64,000 nucleotides of DNA from contig CM060731.1 of NCBI GenBank assembly GCA_030704615.1, positions 30,690,001 to 30,754,000 on the forward strand, written 5' to 3'. Positions 12,562-25,000 of this stretch are shown piece by piece. A program made the translations under genes and the position numbers. This stretch comes from Takakia lepidozioides (lineage: Eukaryota; Plantae; Bryophyta). The notes under the pieces are model-generated. The model ran no database searches. It was not told the origin of the DNA and saw only the letters and a program-made list of their open reading frames with translations. Each line of letters opens with the position of its first letter. The first letter of the stretch is position 1.

Positions 12562-12870
12562 CTAGTGATGATGATGCTCATGCCCTAGAAGACCACCCTC
12601 TCCTATCACCTTCAACTGAAAAGACTTGGCTGCAGACTGAGCATTCATACTATTTGTCCTTCTCCAGCTTGAACCATGTCACATCATGCTCATCCTCACC
12701 AACACCTCCTGAGCACCCAACTATCCGCTCATCATAGTGTGACTCCACAATTGCAGGGGCATCCTTGGTTCCAAAGGGACCACGAGGCGGATCCAGATCA
12801 AAGCGCTTCCCACCCGAGCGCTCCGCTTCCAACTCCTCCAGCTCAACTCCTGTTGCAATTCCAAAATCGC
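12562..12870 (-). pseudogene. COX5B: Captured intronless cytochrome c oxidase subunit 5b fragment in the retroelement leader
   Basis: IATGVELEELEAE...GPFGTKDAPAIVESHYDERIVGCSGGVGEDEHDVTWFKLEKDK*YECSVCSQVF...GHEHHHH*; one internal stop. Confidence 0.9.
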
Positions 12871-13356
12871 CCGAGCTGCCTCCTGCACTTGCCAAATCAC
12901 GACTACGATGCAACCACCGCGCATATGAGAGACCCCGATGTTCTGATTACTCCGCTTGCAGTTGCGGGTTACACAGCAATGTCGGTGGAGGCACACATGG
13001 TACACGCCTGGATGCAACCAACCGTGAGAGCCTGCATCCAGCCGTCCTCAAACATAGCGCCCCACTCCCTCTGGGCCTTGCCATCACACCACCAGCTGCC
13101 ATCGACATATCCTCCGCAGCCGGCGACGCCCTTACAGTGGAAGCACACCTCGCCAATGCCAACAGAAATATGGGCAGACCACCATTACTCTCTCTTCTAC
13201 CACACCATTGCGACTGGAGATGTGAGGTGAACTCAAGCTAGAGCCGTTCTATGCTCCTTGCTTGAGCTGCGTACAAGACCATGACCATCTATATTATAAT
13301 AGTGCTTAAAAAAACAAAAACATCATATCTAGCTTAGCACTGGAAAACTAGATAGT

Positions 13357-13373
13357 GCTCATCTCTCTCGAGT
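13357..13373 (-). promoter_or_regulatory. Putative self-priming primer-binding site
   Basis: gctcatctctctcgagt is the exact reverse complement of 13563-13579. It lies 2 nt from the 5' repeat boundary, and there is no TGG tRNA-type PBS. Confidence 0.7.
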
Positions 13374-13375
13374 GA

Positions 13376-13729
13376 TAACCAAACTAGATAAGGACACACA
13401 CTCTCAACACAAGAAATATGCAATCCCTCAACATCACTCTTTAAGATAATAGTCGAGCCAGGGGCACCCCAAGCTATGGGGACTCCACCCCACAACAACC
13501 TACACTCCCATCATAAGCACACTCAGATCTGAAGAATGCAGGAGCTCGGTCGCGCAGGCTCAACTCGAGAGAGATGAGCTGCGCGACTGCCGCTCTCGTG
13601 AAGATAAGACGGACCAGGTGTCAAACTAAACTTGACACCTGATTTAACACTTGACCTAAATCCAAGTGTTAAATACAAATAACTAGTTTTATGCTAGCTG
13701 TTTTCACACTGTGCTTATTTAACTTGACA
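13376..13729 (-). repeat. Terminal repeat segment X, 5' copy (354 bp)
   Basis: Matches 1323-1676. Confidence 0.95.
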
Positions 13730-13733
13730 ACCC

Positions 13734-15550
13734 TAAAGGACCTTGTGTGTGTGCAGCTTGTGCCTGAAGCCTTCAGAATGACATCTGATAATCTGCAAGC
13801 ATTCACCTTTTTGCCTTGTTTGTCCCACCATTGGCTGGGGTCAGAAAAGTATTCATCCCACAGCTTCTCCCTCTGTTTACCTGTTTTTTGATACTTTCAT
13901 GTGTCACATTGGCAGTATCATGTCAAAGTCACTCCAAACTACCAAAGGTTCACTCAATCAGCTAACTTGCAGAATTCAACATGGAAATGTAGGGCAGATC
14001 CTGATAAGAGGGGAAAACAGGGTGAAATGTGTTGAAGGTGCCTTCTCCTCATCCATGTTATCTGTTTTTGGATACTTTCCTGCTGCCACATCAGCAGTAA
14101 CTTGTCAAAGTCACTCCTAACCACCACAGATCCACCCAACGAGCTAACTTACAAAGTTCAATATGCATCTTAGGGCCGAGTCTGATGAGAGGGTAAAACA
14201 GACAAAAATAGATTGAATAAGAAGGTGCCCTCACCACATTGTTCTTGACCTTGTGTCATGACCCATGGAAGATTTGACCGAATATCAACCCTAAAGGACC
14301 TCTTGTGTGTGCAGCTTGTGTCTGCAGCCTTCAGAATGACATTTGGTAATCTGCAAGCATTCACCTTTTTGCCTCGTTTGTCCCACCATTGGTTGGGGTC
14401 AGAAAAGTACTCATCCCACAACTTCTCCTCATCTATGTTTATCTGTTTTTGGATACTTTCTTGTGTCACATTGGCAGTATCATGTCAAAGTCACTCCAAA
14501 CTACCAAATGTTCACTCAATCAGCTAACTTGCAGAATTCAACATGGAAATGTAGGGCAGATTCTGATAAGAGGGGAAAACAGGGTGAAATGTGTTGAAGA
14601 AGGTGCCTTCTCCTCATCCATGTTATCTGTTTTTGGATACTTTTATGCTGCCACATTAGCAGTAACTTGTCAAAGTCACTCCTAACCACCACAGATCCAC
14701 CCAACAAGCTAACTTACAGAGTTCAATATGCATCTCAGGGCCGAGTCTGATGAGAGGGTAAAACAAACAAAAATAGATTGAATAAGAAGGTGCCCTCACC
14801 ACATTGTCCTTGTCATTGTGTCATGACCCATGGAGGATTTGACCGAACATCAACCCTAAATGACCTCTTGTGTGTGCAGCTTGTGTCTGCAGCCTTCAGA
14901 ATGACATTTGGTAATCTGCAGGCATTCACCTTTTTGCCTCGTTTGTCCCACCATTGGTTGGGGTCAGAAAAATATTCATCCCACAGCTTCTCCTCATCTC
15001 TGTTTACCTGTTTTTGGATACTTTCATGTGTCACATTGGCAGTATCATGTCAAAGTCACTTCAAACTACCAAAGGTTCACTCAATTAGCTAACTTGCAGA
15101 ATTCAACATGGAAATGTAGGGCAGATTCTGATAAGAGGGGAAAATAGGGTGAAATGTGTTGAAGAAGGTGCTTCTTTTACCCTATGTTATCTGTTTTTGG
15201 ATACTTCCTACTACTATATCGGCAGTAGCTTGTCAAAGTCACTCCTAACCACCACCGATCCACCCAACGAGCTAAAGTACAAAATTCAATATGCATCTCA
15301 GGGCCGAGTCTGATGAGAGGGCAAAACAAGCTGAAATAGGTGAAAGAAGAAGCTGCCCTCACCACATTGTCCTTGACCTTGTGTCATGACCCATGGAGGA
15401 TTTGATCGACCATCAATCCAAAAGGACCTCTTGTGTGTGCTGCTTGTGTCCGTAGTCAAGTACTGTCGGATCGCTCTGTGAGAACCACCATGCCTCCACC
15501 ACGGTGCAGCTGAGCAGACGCCGATTGACACATGGCTTGCTAAGACCAAC
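13734..15550 (-). repeat. Tandem array of ~563-bp units carrying OSB-type PDF motif exon fragments (first unit starts at ~1035 and is split by the retroelement)
   Basis: cttgtcaaagtcactcctaaccacca recurs at ~1041, 14101, 14666 and 15229; units encode EEKLWDEYFSDPNQWWDKRGKK and HKRSFWIDGRSNPPWV. Confidence 0.85.
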
Positions 15551-16487
15551 CTACTCTCCCAAGAAAGAAGCGCACAGCAAAGTAGGCAGCAAAGTGGGCA
15601 TAGGGCTTAGTGAGGCGGAGAAAAGAAACGACCCAAAAAAACGACGCAAAAGATGTTTGAACACGCGATGTCGCGGCACGTAGTTAGAGACCTTACCAAT
15701 ATGTGCTCACCCTAAGGTTCCCTTGGCAAGACTCTTGAGTGCCCCCCTTATAGAGAAATGCCGCCTAGATATACATATACGATAATTTGTTCACAAAAAA
15801 GGGGTGGGTCATCCCCGCGGTGTTACATGAAGAGATCCCGTGTTTTGTTTTTTATGGAAGAAAAATGGCGGATCTGCATTTCAATGTTCAATTTTCACAA
15901 GCCGCATCAATCAATAACAACATACCCAAATACCCTTACATTCACTATATGAATTTTCAAGCATCCACCATGGGATTGGATCTTGGTGGGTTAAGGCTAG
16001 CTTTTGACAATATTCATGCAAATTCGTCAAAGGCTCCATCCAAAGCCACACCACGAGAAACAAACAAACATGTCCAAATTTAAGATGTTGAACAAACTTG
16101 TGCACAAGACTACCCCTCTCATCAAGCTCATTAAAATTCGTATTCACTTCCATCTTCAAGTTTTGGAGAAGCGAGCTCCACCACCAAAACCCAGAATTAG
16201 GACAGCACTCTGATTTCATCCATTATCACTAGAATCAGTCAAAAATCACCCCTTCAGTCAAGTGCAATTGTGGGCTGACTTCCCACCTATGCCAGGTAGA
16301 CCCCACTATCAGGAAATGGTGGATGGTGTTAGTAGATACACAGATCAATGAATGAAGCAAGACACTTGCATCTTGCACTCAACAGTACATGATGGTCAGT
16401 ACTCTTAGGAAATGGTGGATGGTCTGAGTAGCTACACAAATCAATGAATGAAGCAAGACACTAGCATCTTTCAAAGAAAACATCCTT

Positions 16488-18389
16488 TCACCAATAATCA
16501 CCACAAGAACAAATCCCGTCTTCAAAGTGGTGGAAAACCAATGGCCAGCTTCTTTCCTCCACATCATGCAATAAAAAGTGTGTGTCAGGCACATACCCCA
16601 CCTCCTTCATCTGTCCAGACAATCTTCTCAGCTCAGCATGGATTTCCTTAATTCTGGGATACAACTTGTCATCTGGTCTAACCCCTGTGACCTTCATCAT
16701 TCTTCTCAGCTTTGCAGTATCATCCCACCTGCCAGCTGCATCATAGATGTTTGATATAACAACACCATGATCTTGACTCAGGGAATCGAAGTAGCGTCTT
16801 CATTCATTCAGTAGGCCAGTGTGGTTGCATGCAGAGAGAACACATATAAAGGTGATATTGTCCAGCTTCAAGCCATTCTTTTGCATTCCTTCAAACAGTT
16901 ATAGAACCTCCCTATGACAACCATGCTGGGCATATCCTGCGATCATTGGATTCCACGACACCACATTTCATTCAGCCACATTGTCAAATACTCCCTTTGC
17001 ATCCTTAATGCACCCAGATTTCGCATACTTGTCCACCAGGGCGGTGTCCAGAATGACATTTGGTACAATTCCAGCTTTGATGATGTCACCATGCACCCTT
17101 TGACCTTTTCCAGGGCTGCCCGGCTTGCACAAGCATTGCAAACGCACACAAACGTGATGTGGTCGGACTTCACCACTTCCCCATCATTTGCTCATAGGTC
17201 TCCAAGGCCTCCATCCCGCGCCCCTGCTGTGCATATCCTGCAAGCATGGCATTCCATGACACCAAATCTCGTTCAGCCATACACTTCCTCCGTATCCTTG
17301 ATGCACCCACATTTGGCATAGATGTCCACGAGGGTATTGTTCAGAATCACATCTGGTACAATTCCAGCTTTGGCGATGCAACCATGCACCTCTTTGCCCT
17401 TTCCAGGGCTGCCAAGCTTGCACATGAACTGCAAACGCACACAAACGTGATGTGGCTTCACCCCTTCCCCCAACATTTGCTCATAGGTCTCCAAAGCCTC
17501 CATCCCACGCCCCTGCTGTGCATACCCCTGCAAGCATCGCGTTCCACGACACCACATCTCGTTCAGCCACAATGTTGAAATTAACTCCCTTCGCATCCTT
17601 AAAAGCACCCTCGGCATACATGTCCACCAGGGCAGTGTTTAGGATGACATCTGGTACAATTCCAGCTTTGACGATGTCACCATGGACCTCTTTCCCCTTT
17701 TCCAGAGCTCTCAGGCTTACACACACATTGCAAACACAAACAAATGTGATGTGGTTGGTTCTCACCCCTTCGCACATCATTTGCTTATAGGTCTCCAAAG
17801 CCTCCATCCCACACCCTTGCTGTGCATATCTTGCAATCATCACATTCCACGACACCACATCACGTTCAGCAATACTGTCAAACACTCCATTTGCATCCTC
17901 GATGCACCCACATTTGACATACATGTCCACCAGGGCAGTGTTCAAAATGACATCGGGTACAATTCCAGATTTGATAATGTCAGCATGGACCTCTTTGCAC
18001 TTTTCCAGGGTTGCCAGGCTTGCACACGCATTGCAAATGCAAACAAACGTCATGTAGTTGGGCTTCACCCCCTTCGCACATCATTTGCTCATAGGTCTCC
18101 AAAGCCTCCATCCCGCACCCTTGCTATGCATATCCTACAATCATCGCACTCCACGACACCACATCTCGTTCAGCCATACTGTCGAACATTCCCTTCATAC
18201 ATGTCCACGAGGGTATTGTTCAAAATGACATTTGGTACAACTGCAACTCTGACCATGTCGCCATGGACCTCTTTGCCCTTTTCCAGAGTTGCCAGGCTTG
18301 CACATGCATTGCTAATGCATAGAAACGTGATGTGGTCAGGCTTCACCCCTTCCCCCATCATCTGATCATAGGTCTCCAAAGCCCCCATA
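16488..18389 (-). pseudogene. 3' half of a PLS-class PPR-E-DYW RNA editing factor pseudogene
   Basis: Repeated HITFVCVCNACASL/ILNTALVDMYAKCG/DVVSWNAMLAGYAQQG triplets; IHAELRRLSGQMKEVGYVPDT...FHHFEDGICSCGDYW*; frameshifts. Confidence 0.9.
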
Positions 18390-18569
18390 CACTACAATAC
18401 AAGCTAGGCTTTTCGACTTTGTATTTGACTCATTTTTGAGTCGTTTGCGACATTCTTACTCCCAGCCTCCATACTCGAACATGCGTGACAAAGGTCAAGT
18501 CGTTTCAGTCAAGCAGTCGAATCCAGATGCCAGGTTCTGACAGTGAAATGTGACAGTAAAACCTAGGGG

Positions 18570-18725
18570 GTGACGTGTAGGCATCACAGTATGACGTGGA
18601 TGCGATGTGGCTATGACGTGGCTATGACGTGTAGTAAAATGGTTTAATTGAATTATAAGGTGGATGCATGACGTGTAATGAGTGGCTTAAGCGCATAATG
18701 ACGTGGATGCATGACGTGTAGTAAA
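18570..18725. repeat. Cluster of TGACGTG motifs in the CACTA subterminal region
   Basis: About 7 copies of (a)tgacgtg(t/g). Confidence 0.8.
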
Positions 18726-19376
18726 GTGGTTTAACTAAAGTGGAACATATTGACTATGTTCCATGATGTTTAGTATACGGTTTGACTGTAAATCAGTGAT
18801 AGTGAGGTTGCTTGACTTTGTATAGTGTAATACTCTATTGTGAAGCAGTAAAAGATGACACATTTTAGTAAATATGTTTCACTCTGGGGGTGTATATACA
18901 TATATACATATAAATATAAAAATACATACATATATATATATATATATATATTGTATATATATATATATATATACAATATATAGATTAACCCATGGGAGGA
19001 GGCGGGGAGGAGCTGCGAGACGACTCCCAACGGTCGTCTCGACCTTTCCGAAGCTTGTTTCTGACCCTGCTCAACCCCGTAGCCACTGCAGATCACTCTA
19101 GGCATCCCCACCCCATGCGCAGATCTCCTTTGATATACTTTTTAAGTTTTTCCATAGTTTTTTCAAGATTAGTTCCTTCAGTTGTTCATCCTTTCAACCC
19201 TCGTCCTTTCATCGCTCGCATAGTTACACGCATCATCCCTAATCGGACAGCACCGTCTCTAACTTAAGGAGATCACCTTCTCAAAGACCTTTCCTGCTTT
19301 TCAACCCTATTCCTCGCTTTAGTTCTTCGGACCCCACTTCATCAGTTTCTTCCAGTGCTGCAGTGTTCTTCCTTAT

Positions 19377-22091
19377 TTGATTAGTGCAATGGCTCCTGGG
19401 AACAACCAGTTTCGCAGCAGACAATCAATGGAGGCTCGTCGGGGTTTCCAGAATGGACAGAGAAGACCCAACATCTCATCTGGGACAGGCTTCTACCTCG
19501 CACATCAAGAGCGTTCCAGGACTGCTACGACCAACGGGTCTGTAAGGAACAACCCCCCCCCCCCCCTCCTTTCCACTTCAGTCCTCTCTCTCCCCCCAAC
19601 CCTGCCTTAAATTTCCCAGGCTGGATTCACCTCCAACAGTTCCAAACTGCTCAAACCCACCCATTTTGGAAACTCCACCTACACAATGGGTGGAAGAAAA
19701 CATTCTCAATCAAGCCGACTTGGACAGGGACTATCCAATGATCAATATGAACATCCCAGATTTACAAAAAAAGGTTACAACCATGGAGGAGTCTGGTATC
19801 CTCATTCACTTTCAGGGGACAAAAGTGGATAGAGCTACTATTAGAGACTGGGCCATCAAACATCTTGGCGGCCCTGGAGAACTGCGTCAACAGTTTTGCC
19901 ATGAGAAGGGTCGAGGTTTCTTTTCAATCATGTTTGAAACCAAGAAGCAGCAAACCAGGCCTTGCTTTTCAACCCCCACACAAAGGGATACAATGTCAAC
20001 ATATTCCCTTGGTCATCCAAGATGGGAAACATGAATGGTAAACTTTGGGGCCCACGCATTGTCTCTGTTCCTTACATCCCAAATCAATATCTGGTTAACT
20101 TGGCGGACATTGCGAATCATTTTGGATCATACCTTGGATGTTTGGCGGTATTTGATCCCCAAATGTGTACACAGAACTTAAGGCATGACCCAGCTTGGAG
20201 ATCAGTGACTATTGCATCACGCCTTCATGAGACTGGATGTGCCAAATTCGTGTTGATGATGCTAGATGAGGATGTTCTGCCGCAATTCGTGAAACTGCCA
20301 ATAGATGAAGAAGACAAGTATTTCACGATTCAGCTCATAGAAGACACTACCTATGCAGCTTGCTCAACTGTGGTCAAATTGGTCAATTTAAAATCGACTG
20401 CCCCACAGCCGAACGCAAGCGACATCAGCCCGTTGTCCCCTTCAACCTTCAGCATCAGCAACAAGGGGTACCCTCAACAGCGGAGGCGAATCAAAGGCAA
20501 AAAATGAACAACCCCACTGTGGGCTCCATGCTTCCACCAAACGCTCATGCTGCCCAGGCCCTTCAAAGGGTTCCCAACGATCCTCTGCAACTCAGATCTT
20601 GTCCACAACATAATACTGCCAAAGGAGATAGCAGCAAGGATCCAATGCAGGCAGAATTACTAGCTCATCATCATACGGGGGGTTCTATTTCCAAAGGGAA
20701 GGCAAAGCAGATTGAACATCAACAACTGGTGGCTACCGAAAAAGGGAAGACAAAAGTATAGGATGGACAACAGCTGAGATCAGTCAGACTGACACTTCCA
20801 ACCAGCAACTCTTTTCCTAAAATTACCACCGACATCGCATGCAACTCCACCTTTGCCAATGCTAGCCTCCAAACCTGCCCATTCCCTCACCTGGATCTAA
20901 AGGGTTGCTCATCATTGGAGATGGTTGAAACACCAAAGGCTTCCTGTGTCACTCCTCTCATATTCCGCAAAAGTATTCCCCCAGTTATTCTAATCACATC
21001 AGATGATTTCGAATGTGTGGAATCACTTTGGATTACTACTGCAGACATCAAACACTTCCTGCAATTAAACCCTCCCAACAGCAACCCTGAGATTTTGTTC
21101 AAATACAAAATTCAGGAGTTCTTCCACAAGTCGCAGCCCCACTATTCGCTTTCACCATTTACAAAAATCTCGTGGGGAGCATATCTGGAGGAACACCCAG
21201 GGCTAAGTAACTTACCAGGAATGGCTATCTACTCCGGGAGGAAGCCACAGATTGCAAATCCGTAATCAGGACACATTAGTCAGTGGGTTCCAGCTGCTTC
21301 AAGCTCACTTGGATTCCGAGGTTGACCATGACAATTACAGAATGGAAATTCAAAGAACCAGGGAGCACATCAACAAGAACAAGCTATTCGGATCCCCAAA
21401 CGTATCCTCGGACTCTCAGGAATCAACAAACACCTCAACTCAGGAGGAAAGCAGCAACTTCAACCCTGCAGTTGAAAGTCTGCAAATATCGCCTCCAACA
21501 ATACCGATCTCCACTCAACTCATCGCCCAGGCCAGCTCGCAAGTCACCTCTCCACCTAGGGTTTTGATACCTACCCCTCTACCCTCCCCTATTCAGGTGC
21601 CCATCTCACCCTCACCCTGTTTCATTTACCAGCTTCAATCAGGAAATACTAACAGATGCTGGATGTTATGTAGTAAAAGTAAACATCTCAGCCAGAATAA
21701 AGATAGGAGACACATCCTACCAGCATGCAATTTGCCTGACAACATTCCCTCTGGAAATCTGCCTTCGGATGGTTCCCTTCTCCAAAGATATCCAGAGCTC
21801 CAGCACCTGTTTTCAGCTATTTCTTTCCCGGATGGGGTATCTATCCAGGCTGTTACTATATCCACTGTTTCAAAAGAGCAGTTTCAACCAATACCAGATT
21901 ACCAATATCCATACAGAGCTAGGGGTGTATTCATAACCATCCTCAACAAAACCCGAAAACCCCCGAACAACTTCATCTGGGTCAACTCAGTGCGACCAAA
22001 AGATCGTAGGGTAAAATTCGTTTATCATACCAAAGGGCTATCAAACCTGGTTTCCAGTCCAGGCCCTCCATTCCCTCCCAATGACCTTTAA
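19377..22091 (+). pseudogene. LINE ORF1 region (frameshifted)
   Basis: KGRGFFSIMFE RRM-like segment; CLNCGQIGQFKIDCP knuckle near 20360. Confidence 0.65.
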
Positions 22092-25000
22092 CCTTCAATC
22101 CTGGAACATTAGGGGCCTTGGATCAGATCCTTCCTCTCTCAAAAGGCTGAGAATCAAAACTTGGATGGCTCCTTTCCTCTCTGGTGACTCTATAATATTT
22201 CTACAGAAACACAAACTAGACTAGACCAAAATCGACAACCTTTCAGACTATCTATGGCCTATAACAAACTCTCTTTAGAAACCAACCTCTTCAGGCACCA
22301 AAGGAGCGACGGCGATATTATTATCTCCTTCTTTACAACCCTTTCTCGCAGCAGAAGATATATGGATACCTGGCAGACTGCAGTTCTGCGCAATAACCCT
22401 ACCCAACGCAGTTGGCTCGATTGGGTTAGTGAACATTTACGCTCCAAACTCATCTGCAGAAAGGTCAGAATTTTGGAGACTTCTCAATGCAAGAATAAAA
22501 GATCAACTAAACATAGACAACTGGACTGTAGCAGGTGATCTTAATATGGTTGAGGTCCAGGAGGATAGGCGAGGGGCTGGAACCTTCACCCCAAATTCAG
22601 AAGAGATGGACCAATGGTTCAACTGTGCTCAAACACATAGTCTCAAGGAGGCAACACCTATTTTTGGTCAAGCTTCCAATATCACCTTTACATGGTCCAA
22701 CAATAGAACCCTCACCGACCTTAGCATGGCTCGTCTTGACAGAGCTTACCTTTCCCTCAATTTTGTTCAATTCTCTAAAAGAGCCCCGCAGGAACCCATT
22801 CCCTTGGGATTTGACCACGCACCAATCACCCTTTCTATCTCAATCCCTCATTCATGCCAACGAGGTAGAGGCCTCTACAAGCTAAACAATCTCCTCCTCA
22901 AATTACCCTCCTTCAAACAGGGTCTTTTGCAGGCTTGGTCTCAGGCTGGCAACCCTGACCTAAATCCAGCTTAGTCCTATAACCCTTCTGAATGTCGCCT
23001 ACAAAATCATTGCCAAGGCTCTTGCCCTTAGACTGCAACCTTTTCTTCCATTCATTATTCGGCCCAACCAGACAGGATTTATTAAAGGCCGGTATATTCT
23101 GGACAACCTCCTCTTTGCACAGGAAATTCCAGACTATGCCCTAAGGACCAATCAAGCCATTGCCCTTCTTCTCTTGGATTTTGAAAAGGCTTTCGACCGG
23201 GTGGAATGGTCCTACTTGCTTGCAGCCTTGCTAAAATTTGGGTTCCCTCATTCTTTTTGTAAATGGGTCAAGATTCTCCTTACTTCTTCATCCAGTAGGG
23301 TTACTGTAAATGGCCACTTGTCTTCTTCCTTCCCTCTTCGGCGATCAGTTAGACAGGGATGTCCCTTCTCACCCTTTCTGTTTCTGGTAGTGGCAGATAC
23401 CCTTGGGTATATGTTGCAGCAAAACCATTTAATGACAGGCCTTAGGGTCTCAAACTATATAACGGGCCAATACACCTACCTGACTGACTCTATGTTCGTG
23501 GATGACACGTTTTTAATGCTGCAAGCAAAGTCAGAAAACTTGGACCAAGCAGGACAAACTCTGCATACCTTTTGCAAAGCCTCGGGATTCAAAATTAATT
23601 GGAACAAAACTTCGGGCTTGCTCGTTGGTGACCTAACGGCTTCCACTATGGGCTCACCACCCTCTTGGGGGGTGGATCAGGGTCTCTGTTGGCTCCAGCC
23701 TGGCGAAACAACCACCTTGTTAGGATATACCTTTGGTATTAACCTCACAGACCAGCAAATCTTTGCCTCTACATTATCCAAACTAAAGAAAAAATTGACC
23801 TACTGGGGGTCAAAGCATCTCTCTCTCGTTGGTAGAGCCTTAGTGGTGAATCAGATTCATTCAGCTGGTTTATGGTACTATGCCTCCTCATGGCGCCCTA
23901 ACTCTAAACAAATGCAAGTAATCAGACGCCTCCTCCGGAACTTCATTTGGGGAGCAGAAAACTCCATTCACAACAAGAGACCACAGGTAGCTTGGTTACA
24001 GATCTGTTTACCAAAATAAAAAGGAGGGCTAGGGGTGTTGGACCCTGAACTACAGATAGTGGCCCTCCTTGGAAAATGGATTCCGCGCTTTCTTGGAGCA
24101 GAAGGAGGTTGCTGGAAATTTTTGGTCTATGACCACATTGCCAATTCCTCGCCACTCAAAAACACCCCTTGGACCCCATCATTGCGCTGGATCACTCAAG
24201 GCTTCAACCTTAAATCAGTCAGTTCCACTCTATGGTCCAACATGTGGTCGGCCTGGGGAAGGCTCAGAAAACTACTTACAAAAGCCCAGCCAAACTTCTA
24301 TGAAATCAAAAGACAACATCTGTTTCTCAATGACATACCTCTAATTGCTCCTCAGAAAAACCAAGCTATGAGATGGTCCAAATGGGACTGCCTCGGGGTC
24401 AGACAGGTTCATAACATATGGTCGGGAGATAGTCTCATCTCTCAAGATGCGCTGGCCCTTTTTGTGGGGAGGTCCCAGGCATCAAAAGGTTACCATGATA
24501 TCATTCAAACTATCCCACCACAGTGGCTGGCCACTCTGGCACTTGGCCCTCCGCAGCCAGCTCCCAACTCATGGACTTTAATCATTATGCAAAACAAGCT
24601 TACCATTTTGTTTCTAGATGAACTCAGTCACAATGATATGTTAGTATACACCTTCTCTATTGACACCTTCACTCTTAGGCTTACACTTACAAACCCAAAC
24701 CCAGTTCACTTCAATCTCATGACTCTAATGCCGGTGAGGATATGCTGCTGGACAGCCCCAGATAAAGCCATGGATCCTATACCACCCCTTACAACCACAA
24801 CCAGATCCTGGCTTCTTTCTAACACCTTTGTCTGGATTCTAGGGAGACCTCTCGCAGAAATGGACATTGACCCCCAAGAATGGTCCTGGAAATTCAACAA
24901 TGCTCCAGAGCCATTCTTTGCATACACAACTAAGAAGGGATACAAAGCATTATCTGTCTCTCAACCTATGAACAAGAAATGGGAAGCTAGATGGGGATTG

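Larger units (their letters stand above)
1232..13729 (-). mobile_element. Ty3/Gypsy-type retrotransposon with split/permuted terminal repeats, encoding Gag-PR-DNMT-RT-RH-IN-PHD
   Basis: Ends TGTC...GACA. 4-bp TSD ACCC at 1228-1231 and 13730-13733. The empty-site sequence (aatatcaaccctaaaggacc) is visible in the paralogous repeat at ~14281. Domain order PR-RT-RH-IN is Ty3/Gypsy. Confidence 0.95.

Noticed and set aside
1232-13729. DIRS/Ngaro/PAT tyrosine-recombinase element, suggested by the split repeats and a methyltransferase
   Set aside because: The element has a DDE integrase, aspartic protease and TSD; no tyrosine recombinase was seen; the methyltransferase is C5-type, not the DAM-like type of DIRS
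17246-18365. Plus-strand ORFs over the PPR arrays
   Set aside because: Antisense shadows of the repetitive PPR coding sequence
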